Below are positions 38,622 through 48,259 of a stretch of DNA of 64,000 nt, one piece after another. The stretch lies in IMG/VR virus record IMGVR_UViG_2695420475_000006; one strand, given 5' to 3'. Within the stretch, counting starts at the first letter, position 1, and the number at the start of each line of letters is the position of its first letter. Both the position numbers and the translations under genes were made by a program. Under the pieces are notes generated by a model that searched no databases, was not told where the DNA came from, and saw only the letters and a program-made list of their open reading frames with translations. The stretch comes from an uncultured virus (IMG/VR IMGVR_UViG_2695420475_000006). Taxonomy: Duplodnaviria > Heunggongvirae > Uroviricota > Caudoviricetes.

Positions 38622-39454
38622 TGCCGCATTTCAAGGTCAGCGACGACTCACACTCGCACCCCAAGGCGATCATGGCCGGGGATGCAGCGTGGGGCATGTG
38701 GAACCGCGCTGGCTGCTGGTCGATGGCCTACGGCACAGACGGATTCGTGCCCGAGTGGTGGGTCAAGCAACAGCCTCAGGGCACGGTCAAGGCCAAGGCG
38801 CTCATCGGTGCCCAACTGTGGCGCCGAGGCGAGTACGAGGGCGATCGTCCGGAATACCAAGGGCAGAAGGGCTACACATTCCACGAGTGGCGCCAGGACA
38901 GCTACGAGAAGGTCGAAGCTGACCGCGCGAAGTGGCGTGACAAGAAGGCCAACCAACGCGGCTCGGTTCACCGCGTGTCCCCCGGGGACAAACGGGGGGA
39001 CAACACCGGGGACACCCGAAGGGACTCCCGCGAGAGTCCCGGGTATATACCCAATACCCAATACCCAAAGAACTCTGGGGAACCTAAGAGCGTTAGTCCC
39101 GACTCGACCGAGCGCGAGCCGCGCAGCGCACCCGTCACGCCAGCAGCCAATCGGCTTGTCAGTGAGCACATCCCCGCCAAGCACCCTGCGGCCGTCCGAA
39201 CCGAACTGCGCCTACAGGCATCCGCGCTGCTCAAGGACGGCCAATCCGAGGAGCTGGTCGGCGCGGCGCTCGCGCTCTGGACCACCAAGAGCCTCCACCC
39301 GAAGACCCTGCCCAGCTTGGTATCCGAGCTGATCAACGGCCGTAGTTCACCAGTCCCCGGCGCCGTCCGGCCCGTGCAATCGACCTCCGACCAGCGCGTT
39401 GCGCAGGTCCAAGCACTCAAGAACTCCACCACCAACCGATTGGAGCTGACATGA
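38621..39454 (+). CDS. Putative replication initiator
   Basis: FKVSDD.HSHPK, TDGFVP N-terminus; internal 12-bp-period repeats; followed by loader-like gene. Confidence 0.65.
   Translation: MPHFKVSDDSHSHPKAIMAGDAAWGMWNRAGCWSMAYGTDGFVPEWWVKQQPQGTVKAKALIGAQLWRRGEYEGDRPEYQGQKGYTFHEWRQDSYEKVEADRAKWRDKKANQRGSVHRVSPGDKRGDNTGDTRRDSRESPGYIPNTQYPKNSGEPKSVSPDSTEREPRSAPVTPAANRLVSEHIPAKHPAAVRTELRLQASALLKDGQSEELVGAALALWTTKSLHPKTLPSLVSELINGRSSPVPGAVRPVQSTSDQRVAQVQALKNSTTNRLELT
38976..39068 (+). repeat. Iteron-like array inside rep gene
   Basis: GGGGACA at 38984, 38996, 39008, AGGGACT at 39020; inverted TGTCCCC 38976; (TACCCAA)x3 39048-39068. Confidence 0.7.
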
Positions 39455-39945
39455 ACCGCAACGACGTGATCGACGTGCTGACCGCCGTGGCCGCTGCCGA
39501 CCGGCGCACCGTGGGCGAGACCGATGTCGACGTGTGGCAAGCCGTGATTGGCGATCTCCCGCGCAATCTCGCCCTCACGGCAGTGCGAGACCACCTCCGG
39601 GAGAATCCGGGCGTCTGGCTCGAACCCGGGCACGTCTACGGGCGCGTCAAGGTCATGCGGCGAGACCAGATGGAACGCGAAAGCCGTGAGGAACGCGAAG
39701 CTCGCCAGGCGCAACTGGAGGCCAAGTCGGTCGAGCCGATTGCCCGGCTCGCGCAGCACCTCGACCTCGATGTCGGGCTCAAATACCAGCGCCGCGGGGC
39801 AGACCAACGCCCCGAGCTGAGTGTCCGGTGCCCGTACCCGCCATGTGCCGCCGGGGTCGGCAAGCCATGCTGGAACAGCGCTACCGGCAGTGAGCGCAAG
39901 GACTTCCACCCCTCGCGCTCCGAGGCAGCGAGGGCAGTCGCATGA
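39451..39945 (+). CDS. Helicase loader/inhibitor-like protein with C-terminal Zn finger
   Basis: D.R......W...I.DL....AL.AV..H pattern; CP..C.A..G.PC...H..R. Confidence 0.6.
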   Translation: MNRNDVIDVLTAVAAADRRTVGETDVDVWQAVIGDLPRNLALTAVRDHLRENPGVWLEPGHVYGRVKVMRRDQMERESREEREARQAQLEAKSVEPIARLAQHLDLDVGLKYQRRGADQRPELSVRCPYPPCAAGVGKPCWNSATGSERKDFHPSRSEAARAVA

Positions 39946-40109
39946 GCGCCGCCGGCAAGATCCCGAAACTGGCCAACCCCCAATCTCCCGCAGTCCTGGC
40001 CGCACTGCGCATCCAATGCCCCACATGCAAAGCCCTACCCCAACAACGCTGTCGGGGACTGAACTACCGGATCGTTCACTTCGCCCGCTGCGCCTTCAAG
40101 GAGATCTGA
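39942..40109 (+). CDS. Small Zn-finger protein
   Basis: CPTCKA.P.QRC...HFAR; coupled at both ends. Confidence 0.6.
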   Translation: MSAAGKIPKLANPQSPAVLAALRIQCPTCKALPQQRCRGLNYRIVHFARCAFKEI

Positions 40110-40291
40110 TGAGCTTCGAGGCGAAATTCCAGGGACGGTGCGGTGACTGCGACGGCGAGATTCGCCCGGGCGACGAGGTGCGGTACACGTACCCGGACCG
40201 CGAGTTAGTGCACGATCGATGCCCTATCGAGTCAGGCTCGACCGACGTCTGCCCGGCCTGCTGGACCATTCACGCCGGGGAGTGCGCATGA
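40109..40291 (+). CDS. Small Cys-rich protein
   Basis: FEAKF.GRCGDC..EI.PGD; AAGGAG RBS. Confidence 0.6.
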   Translation: MSFEAKFQGRCGDCDGEIRPGDEVRYTYPDRELVHDRCPIESGSTDVCPACWTIHAGECA

Positions 40292-40833
40292 CCATCGTCC
40301 TCGGTATCGACCCGAGCCTGCGTAGCACCGGTCTGGCCGTGCTGCGCGACGGTGCGCCCGCCGCACTGCACTCGATCGGCTACGGCGGCCACGACGGCGA
40401 TTCGTACGCAACCCGCAGCCGGCGCGTTCGCGCCGTGTGCCGATCGGTCATCGAGTGGGCGCTGCGCGACGGCCCGCCCGATCTGGCCGTCATCGAGGGG
40501 CCGGCCTATGGCCAATTCCTGCCCTCGACGTTCGATCGCAGCGGGCTATGGCACGGGCTGTACGGCGCGCTGGACGCCAAAAAGGTTCCCGTTGCGGTAG
40601 TTCCCCCGCAGACCCGCGCCAAGTGGGCCACCGGCAGCGGACGGGCCGAGAAAGGCGAGGTTCTGGCCAACGTCCGCGAGTGGTTCGAGCCCCGCGTCAA
40701 GGTACTCAACCATGACATCGCCGACGCCGCGGTGCTCGCGCTCATGGGCGCTTTCCACCTCGGGGAGGCAATGCCGTTCACGGTCAAGGAACGTCACTAC
40801 GCAGGACTGGAGGCAGCGGCATGGCCGAAGTGA
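40288..40833 (+). CDS. ruvC: RuvC-like Holliday junction resolvase
   Basis: VLGIDPSLRSTG, VIEG, K.ATG.G.A.K, DIADA. Confidence 0.88.
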   Translation: MTIVLGIDPSLRSTGLAVLRDGAPAALHSIGYGGHDGDSYATRSRRVRAVCRSVIEWALRDGPPDLAVIEGPAYGQFLPSTFDRSGLWHGLYGALDAKKVPVAVVPPQTRAKWATGSGRAEKGEVLANVREWFEPRVKVLNHDIADAAVLALMGAFHLGEAMPFTVKERHYAGLEAAAWPK

Positions 40834-41126
40834 GCGACGCACAGAAGCTCACCGCAAAGGTAGTTCGGATGCATGAGCGCAACCCATGGGGTCAGCACGA
40901 CGGGTGGTGGGAGTGCTTCTGTGGCGCGGTGTATTCACATGAACACGTTGCCGCCGAGATCGAAAAAGCCTTTGGGAGACTCACGCAGGAACACCGGACT
41001 CTTCATAACGGTTGGGTACAGCCAGGCTACGGAGCCTTTTACTACGCGCAAGGTCTAACGCCACCACCGGCTATCATCACCAATCAGGTCCGTTGGGTAT
41101 CGACGTGGGCCGAGGTCTCCGAGTGA
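40830..41126 (+). CDS. Hypothetical phage protein
   Basis: GTGA overlaps both ends. Confidence 0.55.
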   Translation: MSDAQKLTAKVVRMHERNPWGQHDGWWECFCGAVYSHEHVAAEIEKAFGRLTQEHRTLHNGWVQPGYGAFYYAQGLTPPPAIITNQVRWVSTWAEVSE

Positions 41127-42040
41127 CCAAGTGCCGCAAGTGCTCCCAGAAGTGCGATCTGTACCTGTGCAACGACTGCATAGACCAGCTACAGGAACAC
41201 CTCACCGAGATCGCCTGGCTGATAGGCGAACTGGAGATCACGCTCACCGGGCAAGATGTACTCACCACCGGATCGGTCGGTCAGTCCAGCGAGGAACCCA
41301 GCCCGATTCGGTTCGATTCGCAGGGCAACCCGAACACCATCGGCAACCAAACGCGCAACGCCGTCACCACATGGGTGCGCGACCTGTGCGAGACCCGGCG
41401 TATCACATTCGAGCCGGTGCGCGTCGTCCCGCTCGACTTCATCGGGCCACTACCCGATGAACGCTGGCGGCGCCTACCGAAGCGATACCAGCCCACCGCG
41501 GCCGACGCCGCCGAATGGCTCGCCGAGCACGTGCACACCATCGCGGCCGACCCCGGAGCCATGCGGTGCTTCAAGGAAATGGCCGACCTGCGCGCCAATG
41601 CCCTGCGCATGATCAACCGGCCAGACCGCCATTTCGCCGGCCCCTGCCCCACCATCAAGGCGTACTCACGCGCCGGCAAGGCGATCGAGTGCGGCAAGTT
41701 CCTGTACGCCGCGACCGACGAGCGCAGCATCACCTGCCCAGCGTGCAAGCAGCCCGTCGACGTACAGCGCAACCGCCAACGCGCATGGCTGGAAGGCGAT
41801 TTGATGACCGAGCGCGTGCTGCTCAAGCGCCTCGCCGACATCGACGAACCGGTCGGGCGCAACAAGTTCTATGAGTGGATCGCCTCGGGCAAGATCCGGC
41901 CGCGCGGGTGGCTGCACAAGGGCGTGTTCGTCGAGCACTACGTCCAGCGCGGCGACCCCCGGGTATTCAGCTTCCGGGCTGTACGTCAGATACGCGAGAC
42001 GGAACAGGAACCCGTTGAGAACACCGCATCAACTGATTGA
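41123..42040 (+). CDS. Zn-ribbon/HTH phage protein (possible late regulator)
   Basis: N-terminal CxxC..LCxxC, GPCP..C..CPAC, C-terminal W...GKI; last early gene. Confidence 0.65.
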   Translation: MTKCRKCSQKCDLYLCNDCIDQLQEHLTEIAWLIGELEITLTGQDVLTTGSVGQSSEEPSPIRFDSQGNPNTIGNQTRNAVTTWVRDLCETRRITFEPVRVVPLDFIGPLPDERWRRLPKRYQPTAADAAEWLAEHVHTIAADPGAMRCFKEMADLRANALRMINRPDRHFAGPCPTIKAYSRAGKAIECGKFLYAATDERSITCPACKQPVDVQRNRQRAWLEGDLMTERVLLKRLADIDEPVGRNKFYEWIASGKIRPRGWLHKGVFVEHYVQRGDPRVFSFRAVRQIRETEQEPVENTASTD

Positions 42041-42376
42041 GTTATGTTGTTCGACAACACGTTTAAGCGATTCCGCCTCGTCAATGTATCCATGCCGGGT
42101 GAGTACTTCCTGAGCCTTCTCGATCGAGTTGAGATCGTCACCCTCGATCGGCGTATAGAGAATGGCAACGCGCTCACTCAGTCTGTAGAGACGCTGATGC
42201 CCGGTCTGGCCTCTCACATCCAGGACTGCGCGGCTGCCTTCGATTACCCGTTTGGTGGACTTCACGTAGAACGGGTCTCCGAGTTTGATTCGGCCATCAC
42301 TCTCCCACTCTTCATACGCGGACACCAGGACGTGGCCCGGTTGAAGGTCGCTCGCTTGGATGTACTTGGGGTCCAT
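42029..42376 (-). CDS. Hypothetical protein (antisense moron)
   Basis: 115-aa ORF convergent with upstream gene. Confidence 0.55.
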   Translation of the reverse strand: MDPKYIQASDLQPGHVLVSAYEEWESDGRIKLGDPFYVKSTKRVIEGSRAVLDVRGQTGHQRLYRLSERVAILYTPIEGDDLNSIEKAQEVLTRHGYIDEAESLKRVVEQHNSIS

Positions 42377-42448
42377 AGCCAGATCCTTGCAGAGTTCTGC
42401 ACGCCCAGGGCCACGTTCTAGCCAGAACACGCCCATGGTCGACACTGT

Positions 42449-42477
42449 TTGTATTAACCCTCTGACCTGCGTAAACT
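42449..42477 (+). promoter_or_regulatory. SigA-type promoter (candidate late promoter)
   Basis: TTGTAT-N17-TAAACT. Confidence 0.55.
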
Positions 42478-42505
42478 CCGAGATGCCAGTCGAAAACCCT
42501 GCCCA

Positions 42506-42533
42506 AAAAACCCCGGCCTAGCTGGGGTTTTGT
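42506..42533. terminator. Bidirectional intrinsic terminator
   Basis: AAAAACCCCGGC-CTA-GCTGGGGTTTTGT. Confidence 0.7.
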
Positions 42534-42575
42534 CATATCTGGGGTGATGTCGGACCCTCGGAGTAGAACTGGCGA

Positions 42576-42986
42576 ATGGACCCTTTCACGGCCATCTGCG
42601 AGGTCATCACGGCAATCCCGGAGTTCTTCCGGGAGAAGCGACTCGTGCGTAACGAGGTCGTGCAGGGCTGGAGTGACGAAACGGCGGTGTTGTCGCAGGC
42701 AGAGATTGCCGCGAAGGTGGCGCGGGCACTGTTGCACCACCTCGGCGAGAAGGGCTACCAGGTGGTCTGGCTGCCACCAGTTCAGGTCGATGAATTCGGC
42801 ACTCGCACGGTACAGGTGCCGCTGTCCTTTCAGCCATGGGCCGACGGTGAGGTGCGGCTCAATGAGTCGGGTGCGGGCGTGACCATCGCGCATGTCCCCT
42901 CACGGCTGCCCACCATCGATGCCCCAATCCTGGGTGCTGCGCTCCTGGCTGCCCACGCTGCGGCCCGACACCAGAGCCCGGGATAA
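42576..42986 (+). CDS. Hypothetical phage protein
   Basis: 136-aa ORF before HNH. Confidence 0.6.
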   Translation: MDPFTAICEVITAIPEFFREKRLVRNEVVQGWSDETAVLSQAEIAAKVARALLHHLGEKGYQVVWLPPVQVDEFGTRTVQVPLSFQPWADGEVRLNESGAGVTIAHVPSRLPTIDAPILGAALLAAHAAARHQSPG

Positions 42987-43024
42987 CGGGCAGTTCGGGG
43001 CCAGTCCTATCGAGAGGTCGCACC

Positions 43025-43354
43025 ATGCCCAGTGCGCCACCGCGCGTGTGCGCTCGCTGCCACAAGTCCGCGCCCAAGGGCCGGCCCTGCTCGTGTCGTC
43101 CCGCATGGGAAGGGTCCACCCACGACAGCGGCAATGACCGACGCTGGCAGGGCGTGCGTGATGCCTACCTGGCCACACACCCGCTGTGCGAGCGCCCGGG
43201 CTGCCCACGACTGGCCGACGACGTGGACCACGTGACACCGCTGGCTGAGGGTGGCGCCAAGTACGACCCGCGCAACTTCATGGCCCTGTGCGAGGACCAC
43301 CACAAGGCCAAGACCAACGCCGACGCACTGCGTGGCAAGACCAGAGCGAGGTGA
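43025..43354 (+). CDS. Packaging-associated HNH endonuclease
   Basis: HPLC...C...VDHVTPL..GG....N...LC..HH..KT; upstream of P27 TerS. Confidence 0.9.
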   Translation: MPSAPPRVCARCHKSAPKGRPCSCRPAWEGSTHDSGNDRRWQGVRDAYLATHPLCERPGCPRLADDVDHVTPLAEGGAKYDPRNFMALCEDHHKAKTNADALRGKTRAR

Positions 43355-43363
43355 GCACGACCC

Positions 43364-43567
43364 ATGGCACCAGCCGAGTTCCGAACCATGACGATCACCA
43401 CCGAGGTACGCGAGCCCCACGTGATCACTCTGGTGTGCGGTGGCCAGGCCGTCGGCACCCTCGACCTGCGCAAGTACATGCCATGGCACACCAAGCTCCG
43501 CATCGCCATTGCGTGCTGGACGAAGAGCATCTTCGCCAAGCTGTGCAGCAAATGCCGTCTGTGGTGA
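43364..43567 (+). CDS. Small hypothetical protein
   Basis: GAGG RBS; 67 aa. Confidence 0.45.
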   Translation: MAPAEFRTMTITTEVREPHVITLVCGGQAVGTLDLRKYMPWHTKLRIAIACWTKSIFAKLCSKCRLW

Positions 43568-43584
43568 GCAAACTTCTATCCAAG

Positions 43585-43800
43585 AGTGCGTGCATAAATA
43601 TTCAGAGGTTTATGCATGGCGAATAGCCCCCTTGGATGCATATTCGCAGGTCAGAAGGGGTATAGGGGTGAGTATCGCTCTGACCAGCACATATGCGACT
43701 CGCCGCGGTAGGCAAAGATTTTTCTGCACAACATTCATGCAAGGGGGGTAATTATGCATAAATCCCATGGCGCGCCAGCAAATGGCCTCCCTGTACAGCA
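43585..43800. other. Putative cos/packaging region
   Basis: Non-coding, lower-GC gap between HNH and TerS with several inverted repeats and G tracts. Confidence 0.55.
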
Positions 43801-43815
43801 AATAGGTGGTGAGTG

Positions 43816-44316
43816 ATGCCCGCACGGCAGCCTGCGAAACTGCTCTTGCTCAGTGGTCGCGGTGAGGGCCAGGACAGTGCAGGTCGGCCGGTTGCGCAGC
43901 CCCCGGCGTTCAAGCGTCTGGCCCCGAATCCGCCGACCTGGCTCTCTCCTGAGGCAAAGGCCGAGTGGAAGCGCGTTGCCCCTGGTCTGGTGCGTCTTGA
44001 CCTGATCAAACCGGAGGACCGCGCGACGTTGGCCGCGTATTGCGAGACGTGGGCGCGGTTCGTCGCGGCGACCAGGGATGTGAACGCCAACGGGATCACG
44101 GTGCGCAACGAGTCGACCCGCAAGGACGGCAGCACGTCGGTGTGGTGGACGAAGAACCCCGCGGTGGCGGTGGCCGAGCAGGCGTCCTCGCGATTGCTGC
44201 AGTTCGCCAACCACTTCGGTTTGACGCCGGCCGCTGAGCGCAACGTGTCCAAGCGAGACGACGATCGTGGCGAGTTCGAGGCGAACCCGTTCGCGGGTGC
44301 AGCCGACGACGACTGA
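43816..44316 (+). CDS. Terminase small subunit, P27 family
   Basis: PPTWLS.EAKAEW, D...LAAYC, KNPAV, FGLTPAA. Confidence 0.92.
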   Translation: MPARQPAKLLLLSGRGEGQDSAGRPVAQPPAFKRLAPNPPTWLSPEAKAEWKRVAPGLVRLDLIKPEDRATLAAYCETWARFVAATRDVNANGITVRNESTRKDGSTSVWWTKNPAVAVAEQASSRLLQFANHFGLTPAAERNVSKRDDDRGEFEANPFAGAADDD

Positions 44317-46078
44317 TAGCCCTTGGGCTGACGCGGATCTCGATGCGCTCAAGCTCAGCCCCGAGGTGGCGTGGTATCTCCAGTCACGCGGCTATCCGGT
44401 TCCTGACTGCCCGCCGCTGATCAAGACGCCGGAGCCCCGGGAGGTTCCGGGGGCGCGGTTCGATCCTGAGCGCGTCGACAAGGTAGTTGCTGCGTTCCGG
44501 CAGTTGCGGCACACCAAGGGTAGATTCGCTGGTCAGCGCTTCGATCCTGACGTGTGGCAGGTGGCGTACATGATCGCCCCGGTTGCTGGCTGGGTGCATC
44601 GCTCTGTCGATTCGGGCGCCTGGGTGCGGATCATCACGCAGGCGTATTTCGATATGCCGCGCAAGAACGGCAAGAGCACGACCGCGGCCGGGTGGGGCAT
44701 CTACCTGACGGCGGCCGACGGCGAGTTCGGCGCGCAGGTGCTCGCCGCGGCGACGACCAAGGAACAGGCCGGGTTCGTGTTCGAGCCGATCCGGCAGATC
44801 GTCAACAAGTCGCCCGGCTTGAAACGGCATCTACGGGCGCTGCAAGCGAAGATCACCCATGCGGCGTCGGGCTCGTACTTCAAGCCGATCGCCAACGCCG
44901 GTGATGCGCAGCACGGCGCCGACATTCACGGCGCGATCATCGACGAGCTGCACCTGCACAAAGACATGGTGCTGATCGAGGCCTTGGAGACCGGCACGGG
45001 CTCTCGTGAGCAGCCGCTCATCATCTACATCACGACCGCCGACGCCGGGCGCCGGCACACGCCGTACGACGAGAAGCGCTCCCTGATCGAGAAACTGGCC
45101 CGCGGGGTGCTCAAGCGGCCAAGCACCTACGGGGTGGTGTTCGCCGCCGAGAAGCCCGAATACGAAAACGGCAAGCTCATCAAGGGCGATGACCCATTCG
45201 CCGAATCGACGTGGCGCAAGTCCAATCCCGGCTACGGAATTAGCCCGACGAAGCGGTACATGATCGAGGCTGCGGAGAAGGCCAAGGACTCACCTGCCGA
45301 GTTGGCGCGGTTTCTGCGGCTGCACTTGGGTGTTCGGACCAAACAGGCGACCCGGTATTTCGAGGTCGAGGACTGGGACGCCAACGCCTCGATCGTGGAC
45401 CTGTCCCGGCTGGCCGGCCGCCAGTGCTACGGCGGGCTGGACTTGGGCTCGACATCGGACCTGACGGCGCTGGTGTGGGTGTTCCCCACCGAGGACGGCG
45501 CTTTCGAGGTACTGGCCCGGCATTGGGCGCCAGAGGATTCCATTCCGGCGCTCGACGAGCGCACCGCGAACGCGGCATCGACGTGGGTCAAACAGGGCTG
45601 GCTGACGACTACCCCGGGCAACGTGACCGATTACGACTTCATCGAGGCGCAGATCGGCCGGGACCGTGACGAGTTCCTGGTGCAGGAATGCGCCTACGAC
45701 CGCTGGAACGCCAACCAGCTGATCAACAACCTGACCAGCGACGGCGCCCCAATGCTCACCATGGGCCAAGGGTTCGCCTCGATGAGCGCGCCAACCAAGG
45801 ATCTACAGCGGTTGATCCGCATCGGCGCCCGCACCGACGAGAACGGTTTACCAATCAAGCCGATGATCCGCCACGGCGGCAATCCGCTGTTGCGCTGGGA
45901 GATTGACAACTTCGCGGTGGCCATGGACCCCGCGGGAAATGTGAAGCCGGATAAGGCCAATGCCGGCGACAAGATCGACGGCGTGGTGGGACTGATCATG
46001 GCGCTTTCGCGTGCGCTGGCCGCCAAGGAATCCGAGACGAGGAGTGCATATGCAGACAACGACTTTGTCGCGCTGTGA
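44267..46078 (+). CDS. Terminase large subunit
   Basis: PRKNGKST Walker A, IIDELH Walker B, ITTA, GLDL, YDRW, KIDG; exact start uncertain. Confidence 0.95.
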   Translation: MASSRRTRSRVQPTTTDSPWADADLDALKLSPEVAWYLQSRGYPVPDCPPLIKTPEPREVPGARFDPERVDKVVAAFRQLRHTKGRFAGQRFDPDVWQVAYMIAPVAGWVHRSVDSGAWVRIITQAYFDMPRKNGKSTTAAGWGIYLTAADGEFGAQVLAAATTKEQAGFVFEPIRQIVNKSPGLKRHLRALQAKITHAASGSYFKPIANAGDAQHGADIHGAIIDELHLHKDMVLIEALETGTGSREQPLIIYITTADAGRRHTPYDEKRSLIEKLARGVLKRPSTYGVVFAAEKPEYENGKLIKGDDPFAESTWRKSNPGYGISPTKRYMIEAAEKAKDSPAELARFLRLHLGVRTKQATRYFEVEDWDANASIVDLSRLAGRQCYGGLDLGSTSDLTALVWVFPTEDGAFEVLARHWAPEDSIPALDERTANAASTWVKQGWLTTTPGNVTDYDFIEAQIGRDRDEFLVQECAYDRWNANQLINNLTSDGAPMLTMGQGFASMSAPTKDLQRLIRIGARTDENGLPIKPMIRHGGNPLLRWEIDNFAVAMDPAGNVKPDKANAGDKIDGVVGLIMALSRALAAKESETRSAYADNDFVAL

Positions 46079-46087
46079 GGCTGACCG

Positions 46088-47452
46088 GTGGGGCTAGCCT
46101 CATGGCTCGGGTTCGCGCCCAAGCCTTCTCAGATTCCAAGCATGCCAGCGCGGCCGACGTACGAGCTGATTCCCGAGGGCATGAGCTTGGACGAGTACTT
46201 GACCAGCATCATGCACCAGCCCGTCGAGAAGCTGTGGCGCGAGCAGCCGCACTTGCGCACCCTGGTCGGATTCGTCTCGCGCAACATCGCACAGCTGGGC
46301 ATCCACGTCTTCGAGCGCGATGCCGAGGACGGACGTAACCGAGTCCGTGACAGCCCGCTCGCCGAGCTGCTGCGCGACCCCAACGACGATATGACTCAGT
46401 TCGAGCTGATCGAGGCCACCGTTGCCTCGCGGATGCTCTACGACGAAACGTATTGGTACGTCGGCCGCGACAACAACGCACCGACTGGTTGGGTTATCCG
46501 GCACATCCCGACGACATGGGTCATCGGCACCATCGGGCAGACGGCATTCAACGTCGCCAAGTACAAGGTGGCGATCCCGGGGACATCTGGGCAGTGGACC
46601 GAGATCGACGCCTCCGACATGATCGTGTTCCGCGGCTGGAACCCGGTCGACCCGAGGTCTGGCGTTTCTCCGGTGCATTCGCTGAAAGCGATTCTGGCCG
46701 AACAGATCCACGGCCAGGTATTCCGTGACCAGATGTGGAAGCGCGGCGGCCGGGTCGGCACATATCTGACGCGCCCCGAGACGGCGCCCAACTGGACCGA
46801 AGCGGGCCCGGACGGTGTTTCGCCACGCAAGCGATTCATCCAGCAATGGAAAGACTCGTACGCCGGTGACAGCGCGACCAACGCCGGCGGGACGCCGCTG
46901 CTTGAGGACGGCATGCAACTCAAGGCAATCGCGTTCAACGCCAAGGAAAACCAGTGGGCCGAGGGCGTGAAATTGTCGCTGGAGACTTGCGCGCAGGTGT
47001 ACTTCGTCAACCCCACGATGGTGGGCATTCTCGACAACGCGAACTACGCCAATGTGCGCGAGTTCCGCAAGGCGCTCTACGGGGACAACCTCGGTCCCGA
47101 GATCGAGCGGACGGTGCAGCGCATCAACAAGAAGCTGGTGCCGAAGCTGGCCGACCCGCGAAACGTGTACTGCGAGTTCAACCTACAGACGAAGCTGGCC
47201 GGCTCGTTTGAAGAGCAGGGCGACATGTTGCAGAAGGCCATCGGTGGCCCGTACATGACGCGCAACGAGGGGCGCGCACGGCTGAACATGCCGCGCATCG
47301 ACGGCGGCGACGAGCTGATCGTCCCGCTGAATGTCACCGCCAACGGTGACCAGAATCCGGTACCCGCAGGCAATGAGCCAACCGACCCGAACGAGGGAGA
47401 TAAGAGCAATGGCCGCCACATCAACGGACACGATTTGCATGTCCACTTCTGA
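46088..47452 (+). CDS. Portal protein (HK97-like)
   Basis: LL..PN..MT.FE, G.SP, NAG...LLEDG, MTRNEGR...N.P.I.GGD. Confidence 0.95.
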   Translation: MGLASWLGFAPKPSQIPSMPARPTYELIPEGMSLDEYLTSIMHQPVEKLWREQPHLRTLVGFVSRNIAQLGIHVFERDAEDGRNRVRDSPLAELLRDPNDDMTQFELIEATVASRMLYDETYWYVGRDNNAPTGWVIRHIPTTWVIGTIGQTAFNVAKYKVAIPGTSGQWTEIDASDMIVFRGWNPVDPRSGVSPVHSLKAILAEQIHGQVFRDQMWKRGGRVGTYLTRPETAPNWTEAGPDGVSPRKRFIQQWKDSYAGDSATNAGGTPLLEDGMQLKAIAFNAKENQWAEGVKLSLETCAQVYFVNPTMVGILDNANYANVREFRKALYGDNLGPEIERTVQRINKKLVPKLADPRNVYCEFNLQTKLAGSFEEQGDMLQKAIGGPYMTRNEGRARLNMPRIDGGDELIVPLNVTANGDQNPVPAGNEPTDPNEGDKSNGRHINGHDLHVHF

Positions 47453-48245
47453 CGACCTCACCGCAAAACTCGGCCCACACGCCGACGCCGGCACCAAGGC
47501 CGTGGTCGTGAAGTTCAAGACCGACGGCCTGGAAGAGGGCGAATTCATCGGCTACGCCAGTGTTTTCGGCAACAAGGACAGCTACGGCGATGTGGTGCAG
47601 CCGGGCGCGTTCACGAACACGCTGGCCGACTGGAAAGCCAAGGGTGTCCCGATCCCGCTGCTATGGGGCCACAACACCGCCGACCCCGATTTCAATCTCG
47701 GCGAGATCATCGAGGCCACCGAGGATGACCGCGGGCTCAAGGTTCACGGCCGCCTGGACATGGAATCGCCCAAGTCGGCGCAGACCTATCGGCTACTCAA
47801 GTCGGGCCGGGTCAATCAGATGTCATTCGCCTATCGCGTCGTCGACGGGGCGTATGTTCAGCCCGAGGGCGAGGACAAGACCTGGCGGGATGCCTACTAC
47901 GAGCTGCGAGAACTCGAACTCTACGAGGTGTCCATCGTGCCGATTGGCGCCAATCAGGAGACCGAGATCTTGGCGGTCAAGGCAGCCACCAGCGCCATGG
48001 CGGCCAAGGCCGAGCGCGTGCTGTCGGCCAAGAACGGACAGGCGCTGCGCGGTGCGCTTGCTCAGGCCGAAGAGATTGTGGCCGCTCTCAAAAGTGTGCT
48101 GCCGGATAAGGATTCGGCAGACGAAGAAGACCAGGACCAGACCAGCGGTGAGGAACCGCCCTCCGAGGAGCCGAAGGCTTCGTCGGATGTGGCCACGCCG
48201 GACCCGTCCGTCTACCTGGCGCTGTTAGCAATCAACGAAGCCTGA
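47439..48245 (+). CDS. Prohead protease (HK97/U35 type)
   Basis: GYASVF...DSYGD.V.PGAF, LLWGH, MSFAY, LYEVSIV. Confidence 0.93.
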   Translation: MSTSDDLTAKLGPHADAGTKAVVVKFKTDGLEEGEFIGYASVFGNKDSYGDVVQPGAFTNTLADWKAKGVPIPLLWGHNTADPDFNLGEIIEATEDDRGLKVHGRLDMESPKSAQTYRLLKSGRVNQMSFAYRVVDGAYVQPEGEDKTWRDAYYELRELELYEVSIVPIGANQETEILAVKAATSAMAAKAERVLSAKNGQALRGALAQAEEIVAALKSVLPDKDSADEEDQDQTSGEEPPSEEPKASSDVATPDPSVYLALLAINEA

Positions 48246-48259
48246 AAGGGGCACATGGG

